Assembly: GCF_003918875.1 (NCBI RefSeq)
Contig: NW_025767546.1
Location: 930,001 to 994,000 of the forward strand
DNA length: 64,000 nt
Origin: Haliotis rubra
Lineage: Eukaryota
Reading direction: 5' to 3'
The notes under the pieces were generated by a model. It ran no database searches and was not told where the DNA came from. It was given only the letters and a program-made list of their open reading frames with translations. Positions 52,001-64,000 of the stretch are shown here, piece after piece. Position 1 is the stretch's first letter. The number at the start of each line of letters is the position of its first letter. The translations under genes and the position numbers were made by a program.

Positions 52001-54873
52001 TGGTCGCAATAGACTATCGCTATTGCAGTATTATGTTGCAATAGACTATCGCTATTGCAGTATTATGTTGCAATAGACTATCGCTATTGCAGTATTATGT
52101 TGCAATAGACTATATTGCAGTATTATGTTGCAATAAACTATTATATTGCAGTATTATGTTGCAATAGACTATCGCTATTGCAGTATTATGTTGCAATAGA
52201 CTATCGCTATTGCAGTATTATGTTGCAATAGACTATCGCTATTGCAGTATTATGTTGCAATAGACTATCGCTATTGCAGTATTATGTCGCAATAGACTAT
52301 CGCTATTGCAGTATTATGTTGCAATAGACTATCGCTATTGCAGTATTATGTTGCAATAGACTATCGCTATTGCAGTATTATGTTGCAATAGACTATCGCT
52401 ATTGCAGTATTATGTTGCAATAGACTATCGCTATTGCAGTATTATGTTGCAATAGACTATCGCTATTGCAGTATTATGTTGCAATAGACTATCGCTATTG
52501 CAGTATTATGTTGCAATAGACTATCGCTATTGCAGTATTATGTTGCAATAGACTCACTATTGCAGTATTATGTTGCAATAGACTATCGCTATTGCAGTAT
52601 TATGTTGCAATAAACTATCGCTATTGCAGTATTATGTTGCAATAGACTATCGCTATTGCAGTATTATGTTGCAATAGACTATCGCTATTGCAGTATTATG
52701 TTGCAATAGACTATCGCTATTGCAGTATTATGTTGCAATAGACTATCGCTATTGCAGTATTATGTTGCAATAGACTATCGCTATTGCAGTATTATGTTGC
52801 AATAGACTATCGCTATTGCAGTATTATGTTGCAATAGACTATAAGCTATTGCAGTATTATGTTGCAATAGACTATCGCTATTGCAGTATTATGTTGCAAT
52901 AGACTATCGCTATTGCAGTATTATGTTGCAATAGACTATCGCTATTGCAGTATTATGTTGCAATAGAGACTATTCGTATTTATTATGTTGCAATAGACTA
53001 TCGCTATTGCAGTATTATGTTGCAATAGACTATCGCTATTGCAGTATTATGTTGCAATAGACTATCGCTATTGCAGTATTATGTTGCAATAGACTATCGC
53101 TATTGCAGTATTATGTTGCAATAGACTATCGCTATTGCAGTATTATGTTGCAATAGACTATCGCTATTGCAGTATTATGTGCAATAGACTATCGCTATTG
53201 CAGTATTATGTTGCAATAGACTATCGCTATTGCAGTATTATGTTGCAATAGACTATCGCTATTGCAGTATTATGTTGCAATAGACTATCGCTATTGCAGT
53301 ATTATGTTGCAATAGACTATCGCTATTGCAGTATTATGTTGCAATAGACTATATTGCAGTATTATTGCAGTATTATGTTGCAATAGCATTATTGCAGTAT
53401 TATGTTGCAATAGACTATCGCTATTGCAGTATTATGTTGCAATAGACTATCGCTATTGCAGTATTATATGCGCAATAGACTATAAGCTATTGCAGTATTA
53501 TGTATTGCAATAGACTAATAGACTATTGTGTAGTATTATATGGCAATAGACTATCGCTATTGCAGTATTATGTTGCAATAGACTATATCGCTATTGCGGT
53601 ATTATGTTTTGCAATAGACTATCGCTATTGCGGTAGTATGTTGCAATAGACTCGCTATTGCAGTATTATGTTGCAATAGACTATCGCTGTTATTGCAGTA
53701 TTATGTTGCAATAGACTATCGCTATTGCAGTATTATGTTGCAATAGACTATCGCTATTGCAGTATTATGTTGCAATAGACTATCGCTATTGCAGTATTAT
53801 GTTGCAATAGACTATCGCTATTGCAGTATTATGTTGCAATAGACTATCGCTATTGCAGTATTATGTTGCAATAGACTATCGCTATTGCAGTATTATGTCG
53901 CAATAGACTATCGCTATTGCAGTATTATGTTGCAATAGACTATCGCTATTGCAGTATTATGTTGCAATAGACTATCGCTATTGCAGTATTATGTTGCAAA
54001 AAACTATCGATATTGCAGTATTATGTTACAATAGACTATCGCTATTGCAGTATTATGTTGCAATAGACTATCGCTATTGCAGTATTATGTGCGCAATAGA
54101 CTATTGCTATTGCAGTATTATGTCGCAATAGACTATCGCTATTGCAGTATTATGTTGCAATAGACTATCGCTATTGCAGTATTATGTTGCGATAGACTAT
54201 CACTATTGCAGTATTATGTTGCAATAAACTATCGCTATTGCAATAGTTGTTTCCCCTCAGTAGTCACCCCTAATGGCAGTCAATCATAGACTCAGAACTT
54301 GTATCAAACTTGATGTGCAAATTTATGTATCATACATATTAAATCTATATTTATTTATTATAAAATATATCTGACTGTCCGCATGGCAGACTAAGGCTGA
54401 ATATAAGCCTCAGTGTACCACTGAGAATGCCTAGATACATCCCTGACATTGCCCATCACTGCAAGGATATTAACAGTGGGGTCTAAGAATTTATTATTAA
54501 CCTACTTTCATTTATTTGTTATTATTTTTCAGTCAATCTTTGGACATATATTTTGAGAATATTTCTATCCCAGGTAATGACCCGACTCCTTGCGTCCACC
54601 TCCCCTGTGATCTACTGGTTTGCTGCTCAGCTCATCACGGACAAGACCTACTATCAGAACTCCTCCAACAAGTACAACATTTTCTCACCACAAAGAGTCC
54701 AGCGCATTGAGACGGGGGCCAACCTGCAGCAGGCCCAGAAGGGGAACCTGCTCATTGACCAGATCTCAGACTTCTGGAAACAGAGCACCAACACCAAACT
54801 CGTGCTGGTCTACTTCATGTGTTACTTTGTAGTAGGGACAGCAGCTTTTGCCAACTTCCTCCCATGGACATAA
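49078..54873 (+). CDS. PIGV: GPI mannosyltransferase 2
   Basis: Exons 49078-49155, 49894-51075 and 54574-54873. Motifs TRLITLFFQ|VIFNAVIPDH, RWDAVYF, AFFPLYP, PASIF..YSE, RSNG, YIQ..W.VGFL.YY..KQ.PNF, HIQ|VMTR and NFLPWT. Confidence 0.95.
49490..49624. mobile_element. Small palindromic MITE with 8-bp TSD (hAT/P-type)
   Basis: CATAGGCGCCCGGCTCTGATATATTTATAAGTATGACCTAT...ATAGGTCATACTTATAAATATATCAGAGCCGGGCGCCTATG. TSD ATGTATGT. Confidence 0.85.
51581..54272. mobile_element. hAT-like element containing the 32-bp satellite
   Basis: Termini TAGGG...CCCTA. The flanks ATAGCAGC/ATGGCAGT match at 6 of 8 positions. The subterminal motifs are ACTATCGAT-rich. Confidence 0.55.
52000..54246. repeat. 32-bp hairpin-forming minisatellite (~70 copies) in PIGV intron 2
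   Basis: Unit GCAATAGACTATCGCTATTGCAGTATTATGTT. Confidence 0.97.
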
Positions 54874-55097
54874 TTACACAGTTAATGTATTATAGAATAA
54901 TACTATTACTTCACTGCCATGATAACCTGACATCACTAACAATAATCTCTACTGCTGCTACAGAGTGTTATATGTTGTCTTAGTTTGCTCTAGCTTTGGT
55001 TGTGATTTTGAGATATTGACCATATATTGGTCAAATGTACAAGTATGCTGCAGCCCCAGGTACTAGATATAACATCTCCATACAAAAACCTCCCTAA

Positions 55098-55324
55098 GGG
55101 ACCATTCATAATTTATGGCTTGGGGTGTGTGTGAGTGTTTGTGTGATAATGGGTCACCCATTTTGTTCTGGGGAGGTCGGGGCAGCAATTTTGTGTACAC
55201 GTGCAGTGTGTGCAATTTTGCACATAAAAATATTAAATGTATGCTTAAAAATAGGGGGTGTCATTGTACATGATATGCATAACAATCATCCCCCCAACCC
55301 TTGCCATAAATTATCAACAGTCCC
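55098..55324. mobile_element. PIF/Harbinger-like MITE (second copy)
   Basis: Same TIR family as 17942-18206, with a TAA TSD. Confidence 0.78.
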
Positions 55325-58300
55325 TAACGGAAATACTGGTAGTTTTCACAATTCTGATTCAGTATCATCATAGGTTATTTAAGGACCTGTTCCAAGTTGT
55401 AAGGATGAAATGGTCAGATGGGGACAGAAGCCAGATGAGTAATTTCTCCAGTTGTAATGTGAAAGTCAAAGAATCCGATGTTAAGAATTTTGAAATGGTG
55501 CTTTTTAATATCAAGAGTATATTTTGTACTGTGAGGCACCACTTGCTGAAACTCTGCACATAAATTGGGTGTTCATTGCAGGTATGGATGTAATGCCTAC
55601 ATTTTACCAGTAATACCTGGTGATATTCAGTGTTCTGGCATTTTGACATTTGTTTATGACTTACATGACCATTATTCTAAAGGCAGCTAATATCATGATT
55701 GTTTCATTTATAGATGTTCATTGTGTCATGTTCCTCATGTGTCCATGTGTTAAGTATGTCTTGCTGATGTGATCAGGGAATCAGTTTGCTGTTTTGACAA
55801 GGCAACATCTTGGAATGTTTGGCCAAAGTTCAGAATTTTAAAAAATATTAATGTTTTTTCATGTCTTATGTTGGCAAGCAGGTAATAATACTTCAAGGTA
55901 GTCATTGTCCAAAGAATATGTAAGGGATAAGTGATACACATATCCTCTCACATTGAGGGTCAAGATATTAGAAAGACTATGTGTAATATTCATGCATAAA
56001 TAATATTTTTAGGACTATGTTTTCAATGAACAGGGGTATTATATTTATTCAGCTGTGAACATGACATTTTCTCACTGGTGAATATACATGCATGACAAGC
56101 TGTGTAACAATGAATAAAAGCACTGTTCTGTAAGTGTGTGATCACGGTATTTGAGACAGAGTATCACCCACACACTACCTCACTATGTCTCACGCTGGCA
56201 ATTGTGATTGTCAGACAAGTTGTACTGTGGAGAGATTTCCTGAAGAAATAAGATTTCAGACAAAATGTTGGCTGAAAGAAATTAAAATACTAGAATGTTT
56301 CATGTATTTTAATTTTGAGATTTATTTTTCTTAATTTTGTGTATTTTTCATGTTTGTGTATCTGCTACACTTTTAGCTGTTAATGGTCACATTAGTAATC
56401 AGTTACTAGATGGGTAGTTGTGTAATACTGCTTATGTTTGTTATCAGGTCATGTAGCCATTTTATATCACTATCTTAAACATCAGTTAGGGCTGATATGC
56501 AGTCTTTTTAAAATGCTATGAATCATTAGCTGGTACCATCAATATTATTTATACAATACAAATAAATAGTTCCATGAATATATAGTTGATGGGTTTGTTC
56601 TCATTAAAGCAGAGATTTCATAAGTTGACGCTGTGTTGACAGAAGTCTTTACTGGCAAACAAGGATAAGTTGAGCACCGACCTGACAATTAGCATGTATG
56701 AGTGCAGCCCTCTGGCGCTTGCCATTGCGAGCAAAGGGGCCCTAGGTTGTCCACGATCAAGTGTAGTGGTACACTGACCACGTGAGAGTCGTATGAGCAA
56801 GGCGTGTGCAGCTACACGGGGAATCAATTTCATCGTCATGCACTGCATTTGCACTAGCCTACATCTGCTCTACCTTTCACAAACCCCGCCATATAGCTGG
56901 AATATTGCTGAGTGCGGCGTAAAACTCACTCACTTTCACAAACCAAATGGGTTTGCTCATTCCCGTGCATCGCCTACTTCTCATAAACACGTTCTCTGCA
57001 CCGGTCCAACTTATCCTTGTTTGCCAGTAGGTTATGTCAGTTGTGATTCGATATGGGGAATTGGACTCTTCTGTCTTCCACACAAGCGAACAGTTTAGCC
57101 CTTAGACTGCCTACACCAGCACTCATATCACAAGTTTGATACAGAAGGATTATACTAAGCTGGCTTTGGTAATAGACGTTTACTAGTTAGTGAAATCCCC
57201 AAGCATGGATATGGTCTTGACAAATCAAGGATCCTGCTCGTTTCAGCTAACAGACATCTCTCTGCTCAACACATTGCCCACTATTCAATTTTGCAGTTCA
57301 GATCTCACACCCCTTGCCTCTCAAAAGCTTCTAAACATGTTTGGAGACCTTCATGGTCTCAATTTTCTAGCTGATTGGACGTTGCCCATCTTGAGTTGAG
57401 GTGAAATGGGGTTGCACACCGTGCCCCCTATAGCCTTGTGCATGTATGTGGCTGTATGTACTTGTCCAGACTTATGGTTTCATAGTGCCAGCTGACTGTT
57501 ATACTATTCAGAAGTTTAACCAGATTTTTCTTCTTAGACACAATTCAGGAAGCTCCAAATGAATGGCTGCATTTGTCAGTGTTATTGGGAGACTGTGGCA
57601 GAGGTACCAAACAACTTTAAAGGCCGGGGCGCAAACCTCTAAAACTCGGATAAGTGTACAACCCTAGCCCTGCACAGTATGGTGTCAGGGGAGTGGGTGA
57701 GGGGGACATTTTCCCAGCCTGCCTGAAATATGAAACCCTGAATGAAACATTTCCCCACTCCAAGGCTTGTTTCTATGGAAACGCACCTGACTGACACAGT
57801 GGGAAATTCAAATCTGGATTTAGAAATGAGAAATATATTTTCAAAATGTATGTTTTGTAGACTCTCTGCATCCATACTTTTTGTCTTAACAACATACTTC
57901 TTTATACTATGACATAATGTCAGCCTGAACCGATGAGTCAGTTTTGTGATATTTCATGGAATGTACTTGAATACTATACTACATTGCTTTGCATCAAAGG
58001 ACAGCTTTGACAAGGCAAGGAGGCCACACCCCATCTGTGTATTGGTTTGAACCCCAACCTTTAATGGTTGCATATTGCTCTACAACAAGAAGGAGAGGTA
58101 TCAAACATGTTTCTCATCTTAATGGATCTGTACAACAGAAAGAGGTCGAAGACTGCTAGTGTCGGCTTGACGTCCAGCAGTTTGTCCACCATGACACGCT
58201 CTTCCGCTGTACAGCGGAGTTTGAATCAGTGCCAGTGATTTGTCCTCAGACAACAGCAGATATCCAATTTCTCCCAGCTTGATTGGTGCCACAATTGCTT

Positions 58301-60295
58301 GGGCCAAAAAAGAAAAAATGTGGTTCCGATTACCCAACTGGCCTTATCTTTTTGAAGCGGTATGATTAAAATAAGCTTTCAGATACCATTGGTTTCCATT
58401 GTAAATATATCCCTCTCTCCGACTTGTTAAGTTATAATACACTTTTAAGTCACGCAAGATTATGGCCTGATTAAGAGGTTCATCATATTAGCAGTTTAAT
58501 GATGAAACCCATGTCATGCTGACACTATCTTATTCTCATATATTTTATAATCTTTTGCTTAGTTTCTACATTGAAATTTCGGTCTAATGAATTATCTTGT
58601 TGGCTAATAACTTTCAGGCATAGCTAGCCCGACTGGGTAGAAACATTTGTAAACTATTTCACACAGTGGAAACAATCCCAATACACAAGGTCTTTTGGGG
58701 CTCTAGAACTGGGATCTCACACCTCAATAGTACTATAATGTCCATATCACTGAAAGTGAGGCTCGAAATAATCTCCATACCAGAGTTGCAGACCATGAAC
58801 AGAAGCCCAGCTTTCATGACAATTACATCTTTTTAACTGGATGGGTTAAACACTACCATTCATTTATAGTCAATTGTAGAGTCACCTGGGAAAACAGAAT
58901 TCCAATATTCACATGCTTTTGGGTGAGGTGTTGGTCTGATGTTTTCAAAACCAAATTGCCCTCCCCATTCTTAATCTTCCCAGAAACCAGATTGAATTTC
59001 ATCTGCTTTTTTGCCAATACCAGCCCTTCTGAAAACTATGACAAGTATTATTACACCATGAGCAGAAGCAAACAACAGTTCAAAATTGATAGTTGAGAAC
59101 CAATAAATTGATCACAATATTAACATGTTTGAAACAACAACAAAAGTTGAACATTATAACAGATTTATTCTGGACATGGGGTCATGTGCAATGATTTAGT
59201 TTCTTCAGGAATAGCACAACCACACACTGTAACACCACAGTGATGAAAATCTGAACTATGTTACAATCCAATACAAGTTTTCCTGACATGAAGTGAAAAT
59301 TCATTTTACAATTAACATGTTCTCAAAGACCATCCCCATGGCTACCACAGGCGCTGGCTGAATCCTGAGAACACATGACAGTCAAAGAACACAAAACACT
59401 TCACCAATGAGGCAATTTACTTGATAAGTTATCATGATGATAAATGGTTTGTACAGACTGGTGACACAAGGCAGCTAGATATCACTCGCACAGGTGTCTG
59501 GAAGATTATTTACAAAAGATTACCAAAAGTGGCATGTTGAGAAGTGGTTGATTGATTGAGTAGGGCATCACAAATCCTATTGGCTTATCACAGTCCCATG
59601 CAATAAAGAAGACAAAAAGACATGTTAGAGATGCCTCTGCACTTACATGGCTAAAAGGTCTACCCAGATGTGTTCTATAAACCTGGACTGCAAGGGGCCA
59701 ATGTATGTCATGTTTGTATGCAATTGAATGGATGCATGGCACAGAATATGTAATATTTGGACACAAATATTGACTGGGTCATACTAAGAAAAAATACCCT
59801 TTGTTCATGGAAGACAATGTGCAAATGTATAGACCAGTTACTCTCTTACATACAAATCTGTGAAAGAAACAGGTTCCTATTAGAAAGTACAAAGTATAAC
59901 ACAAAACCTATGTAAAAGAACACATACCAAAACAAAAAACCTCAAAAATATTTTTTCTCTTTTCTCACATGTTGATTAAGAATCTGTAAGCTGTTGTGTA
60001 CAAATCACCCAATATCCCAGCACTTTCTGCATGCTCTGTTCTGCACGTGACTAAAGCACTTAAACTGACAAATGACATTACTCTGCAATAATAGCAACCC
60101 AGATCCACATTGAGACTCCTATGTGATAAGCAAGCATGGTTGATCTCCTGGTGTAGTGCAGTGTCTCCAGGTACCCAGGCAGAGCAACCAGATCAATGTG
60201 CCGACTGCTGCAGGAATGCTGCTTGGCGGGGCTGGAGAGCTTGGTCATGATAATAGCGAGTCACTCAGTCAAGGACTGAACACAGAAACTCATGT

Positions 60296-63200
60296 CTATG
60301 AAGCTGCTGATCTGCCTCGAACTGAGCCTGATTTGGTTGTGAGTAGCCTTTCCACCATAGATCGAGCATAACGCAGACGCCCACTTAGTTCTTTTGAACA
60401 TCCAAATTTCTCAATAAGATTTAGTCTGTATGTGGTGGTGTCTCTCTTTTCATCAATATATGTCACAGCTGCCATCAGTGGGCACAGAATTATCTTGGTG
60501 TGGTCCGAGAAAAAGTTGATCTACAAAAGAACAAAAAGAATATTAATTTTATGAAGCTATACCTAAAATCTGACAATACATGTGTGTTGTATTTGAACTA
60601 TCTGAACAAAGTAACCCATTAAGGTGAATTCACTATTTAAATGAGTGAGTTTAGTTCTACGCTGCTTTTACAGGCCTACCAAAGAAAACTTTCCCACTGC
60701 AGAAAAACGCAGAAAAGCCTACATATTAATCGTGGAAATAACAACATAAACATATTACCTCGCTACTGAAACAGTAAAAACGGCAACGAAAAACTATGAA
60801 ACAGCAAAAATTTTATATCAGCGAACTTTGACCTCTACTGTGCATGCGCATTACTATCCTCACTTCTTTAAAATATTTGAGCAACTGTGAATCGCCTCGC
60901 GTAGAAAACGTACTGAATATGTCGAAATAATTGCTGTCCTCATTTCATACGAATTGAAAGTAAACTAAAGAAGTGTGGACACAAGTATCATGATGACAAG
61001 AGCCAAATAACAAATACCAGAGCTCCAGATAAGATTTAGCTCATGTGGGTACTGTACCCACTGTCACTTTTTGGAGTGGGTATTTTGAATGTTGAGTGGG
61101 TATTTCATTTTCCGTTACCCACTGCTTTCAAATATGTGCGTATTTCAGTCATTTTACTCACCTATGTATATGTCATTGAGAAAGTTTACTAAGCAGGTAT
61201 GTTCTGCCTTATGTCATACCTAATCAAAACCAACTTAAATACAATGGAAATGATTTCATATAAAAATCACTCATCCTATACTGACAGTACAATAGCAATC
61301 GATGTTTTTTTTATAAATATATTTTGTACGCATTTGTTTTAAACTTTTTGCGTATCTAACATTTTAAATGCGTAATTGGTACGTAACAATTATTTTTCAA
61401 TGCGTAATTTGAGATTTTCTATGCATATTTTACCCGGATACGCAGCTTATCTGGACCTCTGAAATATTTAAAAAAGGGAATGTAGCTTTTGTCCAAGCTG
61501 GAAAATGTCAACGTGCGGTCGCGACTTCCTCTTCCCTGTGCGCATGCGCAAAATCGAAGTTGCAGGCTCTGCGTTTCTTTATCCAGTTTTAGCAATTTAA
61601 AGCTGCCGTTTTTACTGTTTCAGTAGCGAGATATGTTTGTTGCTATTTCTACGATTAATGTGAACTTTTCAGTTTTTTTCTGCATGTTGGGAAAGTTTTC
61701 TTTGGTAGGCCTGTTTTAGCAACATTCCAGCAATATCACAGCGGGCAACTCCTGAAATGGGCTTCACACATTGTACCCATGTGTTGAATCGAATCCGGCG
61801 TGACGAACGATTGCCTTAACCACTAGACTACCCAACCACCCCTAGTGCAATTTGATGACGACATTGGCTTTTGGGTTGTTTTTAAGTTGCATACACCTTG
61901 TTTCTTGCAATATTCTCATGCATGAATACAACATGGATTCATCAAGTGAAGAAGAGAAGCTAGTGTTAATGTATCTATAACTTCAACTTGTTGTATGCAA
62001 TGAAAAATTGTTTCAATAAGGGTGTTCTGCTACAAGTTGTAATATGAGAACGCACCTTTACCTGGCAGCATGAGCTATGATGCATGACATCGAGGTATGA
62101 ACACAAAGATCAATGTCATCAAGGTATGAACACACACAAGGATCAATGGCTTCAGGGCATGAACGTGTACAATCAGCCATTTCTTGTTTAGTAACCACCC
62201 AGCCCACATGCGACTTGTATAACAAGAAACAGGTACTAGTGATATAATACAAGAAAACCCACAGCCATACCTGTACAGTTCCATTGCTCAGCTGCAAAAC
62301 CATGGCACTCCTCGTCCTGAACCATGTTCTTAAGAATGGAAGGCGAGCAATCTGGTCTGACTCTCGTGGGGTCATGTTGGCTCCAGCTTTGAGTAGATGT
62401 TCATTCATGTAGTTCCTGAAGTACTTGAGCAATGTCACCTTCTTGGTGAGATTCTCTGGGAATGCCCTCAGCGTGTGGTAGTGTTCTGTGCCATCTCTCT
62501 CAATGTACTGTGTATTCCTTCAAATGCAAATACAGAGACATGTTAATTAGCTTCTTTCAAAAGGTTCTTTCTAGTGAGAGTGAGTGAGTGAGTGTAGATT
62601 TAGGTCGCTTTTAGCAATATTCCAGCAACATCATGGCAGGGGACACCAGAAATGGGCAGGTTCTTTCTGAATCAATTACGTATCAAATCATTTTTTGTGT
62701 ACAGAAACATCAATCTTTCAAGAAGTGTACTCATTTAATTTATAGTAGCTTGACAGAAAGCATGTAGTACTCACTCTCCATTAGCCAGTAGTATCAGTCG
62801 TGTTGAGTCATTGAAGAGAACTCCAACACTGTTATCACATAGCTGGTAGCCGAGGCCGTACTTGTCCGAGTAGTCCACCCACTTGCTGACCCAGTAGATA
62901 GGGACACATGCAGGATCAATGGCATCATCTAAAGGGAAATCAAACCATCATTTCAAACATACTCTTGTACAAATTTCAGTGATATTAAGATGATTAACTT
63001 TACACAGTACACATTTTACTTCACAAATGTTTCGATGAATAAGAAATATATCACAGAATCAGAAATGATCCAGTGACTTATGATGCACTACAACTGCAAT
63101 ACATCCTGAACTAGAAAAGTTGCATCAACATATTAACCGACATGATTTGTTTAAATCTAAACACAAGCTGATGTTGGCTTACCATCCTGTATACAGATCT

Positions 63201-63925
63201 TCTCGCCTGGCTTAGCTGCCACAACAGCAGACAATTGTCCACACAAGTCAGTCAACCAGTTGTCCTGAGACTCGCTACCTGTAACACAGTAAATACGTCA
63301 ACACGAAGAAGAGACTAGTGGTGATTGGGAATCACTTGTATGGCAGTATTGTAGTAAATAAATAGGAATGGGTAGTACTTCATGTGACATCAAGACCAGC
63401 TGTGCGTACCTTTCATTTGTGCCCTCTCACTCTCTTTCTTCTCCATTTCTCTCTTGGTTGGGTCTGCAGTCTGAGGACGCATATCTGGAAACACAAATGG
63501 ACCAAAATAACAAAGGGGTTTTGTCTGTTGAATGTCATGGTGAACATCCATAAACACTGTCTAATAGTGAACACACTGTATAATCCATGAACAGCATTCC
63601 AGTGGAGTGTTTGATGTCCACCTAAAGCAATGAACAAAACTTTTAATCCTGTCAATACCTACTCCGTTTTCAATATCCCTTTATCCACAATGTCCTTGGA
63701 TCACTAGGGCTATACCCTATAGGTGCAGATGTCACATTCATCATAGTCAACATTGAACATAGCATTAGATGGCAAATTCACATCATATTGGCAAATAATT
63801 AAGGAAAACCATCTTACCATTAATCTCCAAGAGAGGTTTGCGATGAAGACCTTCTGACTTGTACAGCGTGTCAAACCGAGGAGCCATAGTGAGGCAGCTG
63901 GTGGGCAGATTGCTGGGGAGGTAGC
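60296..63925 (-). CDS. PLK1: Polo-like kinase 1, 3' part (linker and polo-box domain); the gene continues beyond the window
   Basis: Exons 63925-63818, 63484-63410, 63278-63183, 62928-62775, 62517-62271 and 60520-60296. Motifs [16 protein letters not shown] (D-box), [42 protein letters not shown] and [13 protein letters not shown]. Confidence 0.96.
60671..61713. mobile_element. Non-autonomous DNA transposon inserted in a family B SINE
   Basis: TIR CAGGCCTACCAAAGAAAACTTTCCCA / TGGGAAAGTTTTCTTTGGTAGGCCTG, extending imperfectly for more than 100 bp. The duplicated target is TTTTA. The SINE halves are 60642-60670 and 61714-61842. Confidence 0.88.
61018..61461. mobile_element. Nested hAT-like MITE
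   Basis: TIR CAGAGCTCCAGATAAG / CTTATCTGGACCTCTG. Flanks AAATAC/AAATAT. Confidence 0.75.
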
Positions 63926-64000
63926 CTGGAAAACAGCAGCATTCATAGCTTGTACAGCCTTTAGGATTTTTTGGTGATTTCTTTACCAAGAGCAACCACT

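Noticed and set aside
63660-63710. Possible small PLK1 exon
   Set aside because: It has an in-frame stop in the required phase, and the flanking exons join correctly without it.

Overview
Gene-dense, intron-rich animal genomic DNA, probably molluscan (possibly abalone-like, judged only from the SINE-like repeats). No prokaryotic features or CRISPR arrays. Seven protein-coding genes were reconstructed by hand from splice sites and homology: TMEM101 (+), an atypical DUSP3/VHR-like phosphatase (-), an unusual ~1836-aa protein joining 13 matrin/JAZ-type C2H2 zinc fingers to a RIG-I/Dicer-family DExD/H helicase with no CARD, CTD or RNase III domains (-), LRRC72 (+), TADA3 (-), PIGV (+) and the 3' half of PLK1 (-). 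Introns and spacers carry five tandem arrays, a 3-kb foldback element, a 5'-truncated L1/Tx1-like LINE, a pogo/Tigger relic, several MITEs and SINEs. The best candidate for a new system is the zinc-finger/RLR-type helicase. It has an upstream cluster of NF-kB, STAT and IRF-like motifs and may be an inducible dsRNA sensor or effector. Four genes show 1-2 bp indels in short repeats, which points to consensus errors rather than pseudogenes. All homology calls are from memory of the protein families; no searches were run.
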